DNA of 32,000 nucleotides from Wolbachia endosymbiont of Cimex lectularius (GTDB lineage Bacteria; Pseudomonadota; Alphaproteobacteria; Rickettsiales; Anaplasmataceae): NCBI RefSeq assembly GCF_000829315.1, contig NZ_AP013028.1, positions 330,001 to 362,000 of the forward strand, read 5' to 3'. Shown piece by piece: positions 9,123 to 19,001 of this stretch (position 1 is its first letter; each line of letters starts with the position of its first letter). The notes under the pieces were generated by a model. It saw only the letters and a program-made list of their open reading frames with translations, ran no database searches and was not told where the DNA came from. The position numbers and the translations under genes were made by a program.

Positions 9123-11771
9123 TTATCTAACACATTTAGGTTTGACGCTAAATTGTGCCGCTACTAACTTTGCAATTGGTACTCTATAGGGTGAGCATGA
9201 GACATAATCAACCCCTGATTTGATGAGAAACTCTATAGATTTTGGATCTGCTCCATGCTCTCCACATATACCAAGTTTTATTTTTTTTCGGGTTTTCCTG
9301 CCTCTTTCGATAGCTATCTTGATTAACTCCCCTACCCCTTCGATATCCAGCACCTCAAATGGATCGTTTTCGAGTATGTTGTTTTCTTTATAGGAATCAA
9401 GAAAATTAACTGAATCATCTCTTGAGAGTCCCATGGTTGTTTGCGTTAAATCATTGGTACCAAAACTGAAAAATTCTGCGTGTTTTGCTAATTTATCGGC
9501 AATCAGTGCTGCCCGTGGCAGTTCTATCATTGTTCCAATTGAATAAGCCTTGTCTGATGTCATTCCAGATGAGATGACAGAGGACTCTTTCTTTATTAAC
9601 TCGCATATCAAAACAAATTCTTTCTCATCCATGATAAGAGGGATCATAATTTCAGGCTTAATTTCTGCCTTTTTTTCTTTTCTTAGCTCATCTGCGGCGC
9701 TGAGTATTGCTCTAATCTGCATGCTATATATTTCAGGATGAGAAATGGCAAGCCTACAGCCTCGGTGACCAAGCATTGGATTTTTCTCCGATAATTGTGC
9801 TATTTTATTTTTTACTGATTCAATTGGCTTATTGAGTGACTTAGCGATTTTTTCTATGGTGGACTGATTGTCTGGTAAAAACTCATGCAGAGGTGGATCA
9901 AGCAAACGTATGGTAACCTCCCTGCCCTCCATAACAGAAAATATTTCTTTGAAATCAGACTTTTGCATTTGCTCTAATTTGCTCAGTGCACTCGCTCTTT
10001 CGATCTTGTCATCAGCTATTATCAATTTTTGAATGAACTCAATCCTGTCACTAGCAAAAAACATATGTTCTGTGCGACATAATCCTATGCCTTCTGCACC
10101 AAACTCTTTAGCGATCTTTGCATCTTTTGGAGTATCAGCATTTGCTCTCACCTTGATCGTTTTAATTTCATCTATCCAGTTGATTATCGTTTTGAATTCT
10201 TGCGATAACTCAGGCGAAATTGTAGGAAGAATACCCAGCATTACCTCACCTGTTCCTCCATTGATGGTAATTGGTTCTCCCTTATTTACTTTTGTATCTC
10301 CTACAGAAAAGAAATTCCCATCTTTATCGATATAAAGTCCACTCACACTGCAAATGCACGGCTTACCCATTCCACGGGTTACAACAGCAGCATGTGAAGT
10401 CATTCCTCCTCGTGCCGTTATTATACCGCTTGCAGCATTCATCCCATTAATATCCTCAGGACTCGTCTCTGATCTTACTAAAATTACTTTTTTACCCTGC
10501 TCTGCAGCTTTTTCTGCATCATTTGCGCTGAACACCACATATCCAGAAGCCACACCTGGAGAAGCCGGTAGCCCCTTCCCTATTACTTTTTGATCACCCT
10601 TAACTTCAAGCACTGGATGCAATAAACCATCAAAAGTTTTTGGATCAATCCTTAGTATTCCTTCTTCTTTTGTAATTGTTCCTTCGTTTACCATATCAAC
10701 TATTATGCGTACAGTAGCCTCGGCTGTACGTTTACCGGACCTAGTTTGCAAAATCCACAACTTGCCGTTCTGCACGGTAAATTCTATATCTTGCATGTCT
10801 CTATAGTGCCTTTCAAGCTTTTCACATACATCGCACAACTCTTGGTACACGCTTGGCATCAATTTTTCCATGGTATTTTCTTGCTTCCCGTCAACTGGCA
10901 TAGGGGTGTAAATACCGGAGACCACATCCTCGCCTTGAGCATTGACCAAAAATTCACCAAAACACTTTTTCTCCCCAGTTGCGGGATTGCGCGTAAATAT
11001 CACACCGGTTGCAGAATTGTTGTTCAGATTACCAAAAACCATTGCTTGTACATTAACTGCAGTTCCAAGGGTTTCAGGAATGTTATTTATTTTTCTATAG
11101 GAAACAGCCCTGTCATTCTGCCAAGAAGCAAACACCGCATTTACCGAGCTGAGCAATTGTTCTTCAACGTTCTGCGGAAAATGTTTTGCAGTTTTTTCAT
11201 GTACTATCTTTTTGAAATCGTCAACGATCTTTCTTAAGACATCAACATCAAGATCAGCTAAACTTTTTGCTCCATTTTTTTGTTGTTCATTATCAATAAC
11301 GCTTTGAAACAGGTGATGGTCAAGCTGCAGCACAACGTTGGAATACATCGTAATAAAACGGCAGTAGCTATCATAGGCAAAACGTTCTCCACTTTTTTTT
11401 GCAAGCCCAACAACTGTTGCATCGTTTAAGCCAACATTTAGGATTGTATCGAGCATACCCGGCATTGAGCTCACACTACCAGAGCGTATCGAAACCAGTA
11501 AGGGATTATTTGAATCCCCGAATCTACAACCGATATCATTTTCAAGCATCGCCAGGTATTTTTTGATTTCGTTACGCAGATCGTCAGGCAATCTATTACT
11601 CTGGTGATAGTTCTTGCAAACAGAAGTGGAGATTGTAAAACCAGGTGGAACGGGAATACCAACGTTGCACATTTCCGCTAAATTTGCCCCCTTTCCTCCC
11701 AGCAAATTTTTCATTTCTGCATTGCCTTCACACTTGCTTTGGCTAAAGTAATATATCAACTTTTCTTCCAT
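9123..11771 (-). CDS. ppdK: pyruvate, phosphate dikinase
   Basis: 882 aa. LLGGKGANLAEM N-terminus, the phosphohistidine region GGMTSHAAVVTRGMGKPC, and the PEP-utilising C-terminal TIM domain (GICGEHG). Confidence 0.95.
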   Translation of the reverse strand: MEEKLIYYFSQSKCEGNAEMKNLLGGKGANLAEMCNVGIPVPPGFTISTSVCKNYHQSNRLPDDLRNEIKKYLAMLENDIGCRFGDSNNPLLVSIRSGSVSSMPGMLDTILNVGLNDATVVGLAKKSGERFAYDSYCRFITMYSNVVLQLDHHLFQSVIDNEQQKNGAKSLADLDVDVLRKIVDDFKKIVHEKTAKHFPQNVEEQLLSSVNAVFASWQNDRAVSYRKINNIPETLGTAVNVQAMVFGNLNNNSATGVIFTRNPATGEKKCFGEFLVNAQGEDVVSGIYTPMPVDGKQENTMEKLMPSVYQELCDVCEKLERHYRDMQDIEFTVQNGKLWILQTRSGKRTAEATVRIIVDMVNEGTITKEEGILRIDPKTFDGLLHPVLEVKGDQKVIGKGLPASPGVASGYVVFSANDAEKAAEQGKKVILVRSETSPEDINGMNAASGIITARGGMTSHAAVVTRGMGKPCICSVSGLYIDKDGNFFSVGDTKVNKGEPITINGGTGEVMLGILPTISPELSQEFKTIINWIDEIKTIKVRANADTPKDAKIAKEFGAEGIGLCRTEHMFFASDRIEFIQKLIIADDKIERASALSKLEQMQKSDFKEIFSVMEGREVTIRLLDPPLHEFLPDNQSTIEKIAKSLNKPIESVKNKIAQLSEKNPMLGHRGCRLAISHPEIYSMQIRAILSAADELRKEKKAEIKPEIMIPLIMDEKEFVLICELIKKESSVISSGMTSDKAYSIGTMIELPRAALIADKLAKHAEFFSFGTNDLTQTTMGLSRDDSVNFLDSYKENNILENDPFEVLDIEGVGELIKIAIERGRKTRKKIKLGICGEHGADPKSIEFLIKSGVDYVSCSPYRVPIAKLVAAQFSVKPKCVR

Positions 11772-11936
11772 TGTTTTTCCGGATTTCCACTAATAAACAC
11801 ATTATACGTATGATTCCAACAGGACTTGAAACCATAGGGTAATAAATTTTGCAAAATTTGGCAACAGCGGATAATAAGTAAAATTAAGTGATAAATGATC
11901 TTATAATAACTGGAAAGCTCTTCAATAAGTCTAATG

Positions 11937-13072
11937 TTATTTCAACGATAGCTTTTCCATTGCTACCTGGCCTACTTTCACCTCTTCCAGTTTGCTGCTT
12001 GACTTTCGTTCATGATATAACTTCTTCCCTTTTGTCCAGGATAAATCACTGTTTGCTGAACTAATAGTATAGTTACCATTGTTTTGTCCAAAGGCAAACA
12101 ACTCCCCTTTATTTGCTTCCTCACCAATTAACCCCTCTTGGACTGCCTTTCGAGTTGCTACATAACCTAAATTGAAACCTATGTCAGAAGAATTAAGATA
12201 TTGAAAAATGTGTTCATCGTATAATGCTGCTATTCCTCTATTTTCAAGATCTTTAACGTATCCGCTTACATCTTCTTTATCTGTTTTCATCGCTTTCTCA
12301 ACTGCTGCTATTTGCTCCTTTGTGGTTTCTTTCTTCTCCCTCAGCTTCGCAAGTTCTTTATGCCATAGTTCATCCATTAACAGAGGTAGGCGTTTTTTTA
12401 TCTCGCTGCACATCTCTTTTTGACTTAATATTTTATCTTTATATCCAGACAAAATATCAACTGCTACACTTGAATCACTTATTGCAATTAAGTCATTGTT
12501 TAAGAATGTGTGAGCAATTTTTCCACTATCGTCTTGAAATACTTCAACACACCCTAACAATATTTTTTCAGGAATTGTTATATCTTTTCCTATATGACCA
12601 TCAACGACACTCAAAGAATCAAAGTCTATATATATTCCACCTTGTGTTTTGTAAACTGCTTTAAGAGTGCTAGAGCAATTAATCTAAAGGTATCTATTTC
12701 AATGGCAAAGTATGTTCTCTGTTTATCTGTCATATTATACATATTCTCAAAGAAATTCTTAATACTAATATCTTTGCCATCTATCTTCCATCCTTTATCT
12801 ATCTCATTCCAATTATATCGGTGTAAATCTACAACATACACTCCTTCAACCTCTTCTAGTTCACTTTTTAAATCATCTATTTGATTCTGCTTGAACCCTG
12901 GGCCATTTATAACCAAATATATGTCCCTCTCTTCTTTATTTTTTAATTTATGATTTTTGACTATATCTAAATAATTAAGGGAACTGTTTTTACCATCTGG
13001 TAAAGATGCACCATGTACTCTCGGTACCCACGTTAGTATTATTGGTGCTTCATTTGATAACTTTTGTATCAT
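11937..13072 (-). pseudogene. DXD-motif glycosyltransferase (TcdA/TcdB/Lgt-like or GT32-like sugar-binding region), frameshifted
   Basis: The N-terminal ORF (13072-12626) ends ...YFAIEIDTFRLIALALLKQFTKHKVEYI*. The +1 frame, open from 12683, reads ...KAVYKTQGGIYIDFDSLSVVDG...FLNNDLIAISDSS. Together these form the xxDxxR...GGxYxDxD signature. The DFD codons lie at 12618-12626. Confidence 0.5.
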
Positions 13073-13154
13073 TAGTCATTATTTCTCTCTAACTAATTTA
13101 CTATACCGATAGTATAATAAATTTTCTAATGAAATAAAAATAAAATGTTTAATT

Positions 13155-13619
13155 CTAAGTAGCTTTCAAGAGTTTAAATATTCCCACCTCCACATTACCC
13201 AACGAACCACCATAAGTGACTGCTTTTAGGTAAAACTTTTTTCCCCTTTGCACTTCGAAAGAAATTATTGAATTATCAAGCAGAACAAGTTTTTCACCTA
13301 CGGTGTGCTTGTACTCTTTAGTGCCTTCTTGCCCTCTAATTAGGTCGCTAAGCTTATATTTATTTTTATCTATAATCTCAGCACTCTGGAATTTTATTAC
13401 TTCTTTTCCAACTAGTGCTAACGCAACTGGGCTCATAACCGACAGCTTACCAAAACGCAGCACTACTATAATTCCCCCATTTGTAAATTCCATTACATAT
13501 CCGTAAGTGGACTGCTTGTTTGTGCTTGCGATAGGCTTATAATCTTTATCATCATACGAAATAAAAAGCGTTGCTCCTTTCCAATCCTCTTCTTCATCAG
13601 CTAAAGTAAAGCTTGCAAA
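13155..13619 (-). pseudogene. C-terminal fragment of the GTA ORFg15-like protein, in a different frame
   Basis: The frame opening at 13619 reads ...ADEEEDWKGATLFISYDDKDYKPIA...LVGKEVIKFQSAEIIDKNKYKLSDLIRGQEGT..., which matches the recalled C-terminal end of alphaproteobacterial GTA host-specificity proteins. It is separated from the main ORF by a frameshift within 13604-13619. Confidence 0.55.
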
Positions 13620-16381
13620 TTACCTTTAACATGCGGTAAATCAATCATTTCAACGACAGTTTTACTGATGTGAGAAGCAGGGTGTTCTTTAAGCATAAGC
13701 GACCTCATTGAAGGAAAAGAAAGTTTATATATAGAGCAGTCATAACCAACCCCAATTATTTGAATAGACATGCTTGCAAATTTTGTTTTTATAATTCTCA
13801 TCGTATGCTTTTTCTCGCCATCTGAAATTGTTATGACATCGCTTGGCGCAAGCCACGCATATTTTATCGGCAGCTTAAAATTGTATATATTTCTCTCTTG
13901 CCACGAAGAATAAAGTAAAATTTCAGCTATATTTTGCGCCTCCCCCTCCTCCATGATTAGCGGTATTTCAACCGTTGCAGCATTGCCCTGCTTTGGCAGC
14001 TCAGCATATTTCACGTCAATTGGATAACCAAAATTGCGGTTAAAATAAACAACGTTGACCTTATTGTTCAAATCTAGCTGACTGGCACTCACAAGTTGTA
14101 TTGGCTTTGAGATGTGATTAAAAACAATTTCACCAAATGGTATTTCAGTTGTAACTCCCCTGCCCTTTTGAGCAAATTCTAGCTTAGAATCCCGCTCAAC
14201 AACATCAAAAAAATAGCAGCTCTGTAGCATTTTAATAATTGAACGTATCGACTGTTGATCGTTTATTACATACCCAGACAACAATCCTTTAACGTCGCTT
14301 GTGTCAAACTGATCGCTTTTTAAACCTGCCTTTCGCAATAGATCAGATAAAACATCAGAAACATTAAGCCGTGAAATTTTTCCCTCAATCCAATGTCCTG
14401 TTTGCCAATTATGGCAGTCAGCCCACATATCACACAAATTGGGAAAATAAGGAAATGGCCTTGCATCCCATGCCCAGAGAAACATTTTCTCCACCATTTC
14501 TGAATTTTGCCACTTCCTTAGCGTTCCTTCGATTGCAATTTTCTGCGCAAGAAAGCTCACTTCTCCGTTTGAATATCGCGGATATTTGCTCTCTATGCTG
14601 TTTTTATCAACAAACACATTAGGCTTATTAGTGCAGCCGTTCATGCTGGGAAATCCATACTCAGTCAACCATATTTTTTTCATCTTTGGTTGCCATTTTG
14701 TTTTGCTGCCATCAGGATTTACGTGAGCTTCACTCCACCATTTTTCTATGTTTTTCCATGCATATCTACTGTCGTTATACTCTACCTTCTCAGGGACGCT
14801 TTTTGAGTAATCGTAAAAATAATCATACCCAACCCCACTGCTCCAACCATCGATTATATCTTCCGCGAAATAGCCAAAAGGAGGCTCTGGGACATCAGTG
14901 AGCGGGAAATAAGCATCTATGCCAACAACGTCGATGTACTGCGAAGACCAAAGTTCATCCATGTTATACCAACCATCATATGAATGATATTCGCTCCAGT
15001 CGGCAGCATAAGTTACGGTTACCTCCTTCCAAAGCTGAAGTTTTATCTGCTTTGCAAGCCTGACTAGCTCCATAACTGCAGGATAATTGCCTTTTGCATC
15101 TTTTACTCTGGTAAGTTGTGCAAATTCAGACCCGATGATAAATCCTTCCACTTTAGTCTGTTTAACAATGTTCGCGTAATGTTCTATGAATTTGTTATAC
15201 TGATACTTAAAAAAATCACTTATATCTTCAGGAGTCCCGCTCAATTTTCCTCGCCACTCTTTGTTTTCTGTGTCAAGCAAGGGCATTGGATAGAGCATCA
15301 CCTTATAACCTCTGCTGTGTAGTTCTTCTATATATCTTATTAGCGCTACATCACTAACTGTGCCGCCATATCTTGGATTGCCATTATCATCTTTTGAAAT
15401 TAGCTGAGCATTACCTCTGGTAATACTTCCCACTTGCCAATCATTGGGTAATATCGCGGAATCGTCTTGAAACTCAACTGCAGGGTATATTTTACAATCC
15501 TTAATATTCAGATTATTCATAAACCAATTAACCACTACCGACGCCCACTCAACATTTGGCAAACTTTCTTTTAATTGGTCCAAAGAAAGCATCGCATCAC
15601 TCTTTTTAGTGTGATTATTGTGATTTACCCTTTGTGCCAGTCCATATGGGATATATTGGCTACTGCTTATTCTTTCTCGCGCAATTTTCTTCTGTATTTT
15701 CGTATCATACACAAACTCCCCTGAACCTGGTATGATATTGATATTCCGAATATTCTCTGCTACTGAAAATCCACTGGACTTTAGTGCAGTTTGCACCTCG
15801 AATGTAAATACCGGAACGCGATTGTTATAGTCCGCTAGAGGAAAATTCTTGATGACTATATAAGATATTCCTCTGTAAGCTGGCACATTTCCCTCGCCTT
15901 CGATTGATGACATAAATGGATCAGGATTTTGGTCCTCTGTACCGCGGTAAAAAGTATAATCTATTTCATCAAAACTAAGTGACGTTGTATCCGCCCAGAT
16001 TCTATTTAATTTTTCCACTTCTCCTTTGCAGATTGCAATTGTAAGCGTTGCATAGTAGTTATACTCAGTATTCATACCTCTTCCGGTTTTATTTTTGGTG
16101 GTCATTACTTCCTCTTTGATCGGCTGTGCCCAAATAATATTTCCTGCAACTCGGGCAGTGCCATAGATAATTGGAATTGTTCTGCCGTAGGTTGAGGTTT
16201 GAATTTGCAGATTTTTCAGCCTTGCCCCATGTGTTATCTTTTGCTCAACATCCAAACCAAAAATTGCATTATCGAGCTGTGCACCAAGAAGAGCACCGAG
16301 TTCTGAACCGATAATCCGGCCAATTGGACCAAAAATACTGCCAGCTTGACCTAAAATTGATGATAAAATTATTGTAGACAT
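13601..16381 (-). CDS. gene transfer agent ORFg15-like host-specificity / phage-tail protein with TIM-barrel-like glycoside hydrolase domain
   Basis: The glycine-zipper N-terminus MSTIILSSILGQAGSIFGPIGRIIGSELGALLG, followed by RLKNLQIQTSTYGRTIPIIYGTARVAGNIIWAQP, is colinear with RcGTA g15 homologs as I recall them. A strong RBS (AAGGAGG) lies 5 nt upstream of the ATG at 16381, so the 36-aa extension in the ORF track is unlikely. Confidence 0.65.
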   Translation of the reverse strand: MSTIILSSILGQAGSIFGPIGRIIGSELGALLGAQLDNAIFGLDVEQKITHGARLKNLQIQTSTYGRTIPIIYGTARVAGNIIWAQPIKEEVMTTKNKTGRGMNTEYNYYATLTIAICKGEVEKLNRIWADTTSLSFDEIDYTFYRGTEDQNPDPFMSSIEGEGNVPAYRGISYIVIKNFPLADYNNRVPVFTFEVQTALKSSGFSVAENIRNINIIPGSGEFVYDTKIQKKIARERISSSQYIPYGLAQRVNHNNHTKKSDAMLSLDQLKESLPNVEWASVVVNWFMNNLNIKDCKIYPAVEFQDDSAILPNDWQVGSITRGNAQLISKDDNGNPRYGGTVSDVALIRYIEELHSRGYKVMLYPMPLLDTENKEWRGKLSGTPEDISDFFKYQYNKFIEHYANIVKQTKVEGFIIGSEFAQLTRVKDAKGNYPAVMELVRLAKQIKLQLWKEVTVTYAADWSEYHSYDGWYNMDELWSSQYIDVVGIDAYFPLTDVPEPPFGYFAEDIIDGWSSGVGYDYFYDYSKSVPEKVEYNDSRYAWKNIEKWWSEAHVNPDGSKTKWQPKMKKIWLTEYGFPSMNGCTNKPNVFVDKNSIESKYPRYSNGEVSFLAQKIAIEGTLRKWQNSEMVEKMFLWAWDARPFPYFPNLCDMWADCHNWQTGHWIEGKISRLNVSDVLSDLLRKAGLKSDQFDTSDVKGLLSGYVINDQQSIRSIIKMLQSCYFFDVVERDSKLEFAQKGRGVTTEIPFGEIVFNHISKPIQLVSASQLDLNNKVNVVYFNRNFGYPIDVKYAELPKQGNAATVEIPLIMEEGEAQNIAEILLYSSWQERNIYNFKLPIKYAWLAPSDVITISDGEKKHTMRIIKTKFASMSIQIIGVGYDCSIYKLSFPSMRSLMLKEHPASHISKTVVEMIDLPHVKGNLQALL

Positions 16382-16562
16382 ATAATCCTCCTTTTTGATG
16401 GATTTTTTTGAAATTGTTGAGCCCAGTGTCACACACATGAACATTGCAGTACCAAAGTCATGAAAGTAACCTAATGATGTTATCCCCACATGATGTCACC
16501 CAGTACTCCGACACCCAGCTGTACGAACATTGCAATTAGCAGGTAATTTGCGTAACAGACGG

Positions 16563-16699
16563 TGTCATCCCAGTGCTACGACACTGGGATCCAGCCTTTC
16601 CATAATCATCAAAACGTCGTATTTTAACATAAAATAGCTACTTTTATACTCACCAACTTAATAAAATTCCTGGATGCCAGTGTCAAGCACTGGTATGAC
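16563..16699. mobile_element. MITE-like element with ~31-bp terminal inverted repeats that are themselves hairpins, copy A
   Basis: The left arm GTCATCCCAGTGCTACGACACTGGGATCCAG is an imperfect reverse complement (mismatches at about 4 positions) of the right arm CCTGGATGCCAGTGTCAAGCACTGGTATGAC. The ~75-bp core differs at only 2 positions from copy B. Confidence 0.7.
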
Positions 16700-17026
16700 G
16701 CCCTAGTGGTAGGCTCAAATCACAATGTTCGTACAGTTGTGTGCTACGACACTGGGATCCAGGATACTACTTTAGTAATAAATATTTAAAAAATTTACCA
16801 AGCGAAAAAAAGGCAAAGAAATCCCGAGTGGCGAGTTTTGACGCTATAATAATTTACTGACGCTTAGTTCAAGCGTGATTTGGCTGAATGTAGAAAAAAT
16901 GAAAAAGAAATGCAGCCGCTATAATTTGATACAATCCGCCAAAAAATACCCTGAGCTTTTTACTGAATTTTGTCATTGAGCCTGCAGATCAAAAACAAGT
17001 TTTGAGTCAGAAATACCCTCATTATT

Positions 17027-17055
17027 ATGATAACGAAGTTGAAAGAATTTGTCAA
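17027..17055 (-). promoter_or_regulatory. sigma70-like promoter motif at the right edge of repeat copy A
   Basis: Minus strand: TTGACA (17055-17050), 17-nt spacer, TATCAT (17032-17027). It lies 23 nt downstream of the dnaG stop. Confidence 0.4.
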
Positions 17056-17077
17056 GCAAATTTTGCATTTAATCTGT

Positions 17078-18838
17078 CTATTTTTGAATAAACTCCATTT
17101 GCATTTCCTGTATACTATCCTCTATTTGCCTTATTTGCTCTATTAGCCTTTCCTCTAAGTCAAAATTACCGCCCAGCCTTGCTTTGATTTTTTCTTCTTG
17201 TAACACGTTTAATTCTTTCCGTAACACCACGTTATTCCACACAATTTCTGCTGATCTCCTCTCGTTTAATTGGCTATTTAATACACTAGTTTTTTCAAAT
17301 ATAAACTTTACAGTTTCAGCACCACTAGACTGCTCAAATTCTCGTAATAAAGCCTCCCTGTTGAGTTCTCTTTCATTATTCGCCGCATCAATTATGTGCT
17401 GTTGTAATTTTTTCATCTTGGCATTGGTAAACTCAAAATGAGAAAATCGCTCAAAAAATATAGGATGGTGTAAGATTTCGGGAAATTCTATTACTATACG
17501 CAGAATTATGGCTTGATTTTGCTCTGCTTCAATCAGCTCTGGAGATTTGCTGCGTAGATATTCACCTTTTGTTGCTCTAATTTTACTGTTAAAAATCTGC
17601 TTTTTGAAGCTTCTTCTTAGTTCACTGGCCTTATTGTAAAAATAATCTCTATAATACCTTCTAATACTGCTGTTACCAATAGCATTGACATATTCCATGA
17701 ACTTGTGCTCAAGAACTGAATATTTTTCTGGAGCAAGGTTTTCGTAGCTTTGCAGGCTACTATTGACTATGTGATGCCATAAATATTCAGAATGCAGTTC
17801 TGTTGAACGATCAAGCGCAGAAAGTACGTCTTCTTTCTTATATTCTAGCTCATTGCATATATCGTATGGGTCTTTATCGCTCGGCAAAGTCACAAACTTT
17901 AATGTGTATCCAGGCTCCAATATTGGCAGAGCAAATTCCGCAACTCTGGTAGTGGCGCAACGTCCAGCACTATCGCCATCCATACAGATGGAGATTTCTT
18001 TAGCAAATCTCCACAGATTTTTTATCTGCTCTGCAGAAATTGCAGTGCCAAGCGGGGCAACTGTATTGCTAATTCCCGCCTGATGTAGTGCTATTACATC
18101 CATATACCCTTCAACAACAAATATGTGTTGTTTTTTGCGTATTTCGCTTAAGGCAAGGTTTAGCCCGTATAAATTCTCCCTCTTTTTGAAGAGCTGACTC
18201 TCTGGGCTGTTTAAATACTTCGGCTGTTGCTCAGAGCTCAGCGCACGTCCGCCAAAACCAATAACTTTGCCCGTGATGTTGTGTATAGGAAATATCAGCC
18301 GATCATAAAAATAATCACGAGAATTCTTGTTTATTAACCCAATATCAGTCAAAATTTTGTCTTCAATACCGGAAGAGTTTAAATATTCCTTCAAGCCAGA
18401 GTTTGGCGCATAACCTATCTTAAATTTATCTATGATTTCAGGCGAAATCTTGCGTTGCTTTAAATAGTCTATAACACCTTGATTTTTTTGTACAAACCAG
18501 TTTGCAGCTAAATTCAGCGTTGAAAACAATTTGTCACTTTCTTTGGTAATATTGAGGTTTTTAGGTAACTCAACACCTGCAACTGATGCTAGCCTTTCCA
18601 ATGCTTCTTTAAAGCTTAAGCCCTCAGTTTGTGAGATAAACTCAAACACATCACCATGAGCAGAGCAGCCAAAACAGTGATACGAGCCCCTAATATTACT
18701 TACAAAAAAAGACGGTGTTTTTTCATTATGAAATGGACAAAGTCCCACGAAATTATCTCCGCTTTTTGTCAGCCTGACTTTCTTACCTACTATGTCAGAT
18801 AGTAACAGTCTTGATTTTATAATATCTATGTAATCCAT
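17078..18838 (-). CDS. dnaG: DNA primase
   Basis: 586 aa. Zinc-binding CPFHNEKTPSF...YHCFGCSAHGD motif and the TOPRIM region (VVEGYMDVIAL...DGDSAGR). Confidence 0.9.
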   Translation of the reverse strand: MDYIDIIKSRLLLSDIVGKKVRLTKSGDNFVGLCPFHNEKTPSFFVSNIRGSYHCFGCSAHGDVFEFISQTEGLSFKEALERLASVAGVELPKNLNITKESDKLFSTLNLAANWFVQKNQGVIDYLKQRKISPEIIDKFKIGYAPNSGLKEYLNSSGIEDKILTDIGLINKNSRDYFYDRLIFPIHNITGKVIGFGGRALSSEQQPKYLNSPESQLFKKRENLYGLNLALSEIRKKQHIFVVEGYMDVIALHQAGISNTVAPLGTAISAEQIKNLWRFAKEISICMDGDSAGRCATTRVAEFALPILEPGYTLKFVTLPSDKDPYDICNELEYKKEDVLSALDRSTELHSEYLWHHIVNSSLQSYENLAPEKYSVLEHKFMEYVNAIGNSSIRRYYRDYFYNKASELRRSFKKQIFNSKIRATKGEYLRSKSPELIEAEQNQAIILRIVIEFPEILHHPIFFERFSHFEFTNAKMKKLQQHIIDAANNERELNREALLREFEQSSGAETVKFIFEKTSVLNSQLNERRSAEIVWNNVVLRKELNVLQEEKIKARLGGNFDLEERLIEQIRQIEDSIQEMQMEFIQK

Positions 18839-19001
18839 CTTACTTGTCGAATGAGTGGTAGGATAAAAATTATACAGAATTTATGCTGCCCTGACTCGAA
18901 ATTTATTTCAAGCTTCAGAGCTTCCAAAAGGTCAGGAGGGCTTGACAAAAAACCCAAAATAAATTATCCATGTTAGATGCCTTTAAGTCATAGTTTCTTA
19001 T

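Larger units (their letters stand above)
16494..17055. repeat. composite intergenic repeat module, copy A
   Basis: Shares with 21671-22336 and 29137-29832 a hairpin-TIR element, one AAATTTACCAAG...GAAAAAAAGGCAAAGAAATCCC unit, and a tail ending in TTGTCAAG. Confidence 0.8.

Noticed and set aside
13155-16381. Part of a WO-type prophage.
   Set aside because: No capsid, terminase, baseplate, integrase or other phage genes lie within 32 kb. The neighbours are dnaG, ppdK and a glycosyltransferase remnant.
16382-16489. 36-aa N-terminal extension of the g15-like ORF (MGITSLGYFHDF...).
   Set aside because: The internal ATG at 16381 is preceded by AAGGAGG at optimal spacing and begins the conserved glycine-zipper N-terminus. 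The extension also runs into repeat sequence.
18942-18970. Promoter for rpiB-ubiG: TTGACA at 18942-18947 with TATCCA 17 nt downstream.
   Set aside because: The -10 matches consensus at only three positions and lacks the invariant final T. In AT-rich intergenic DNA this is not distinguishable from chance.
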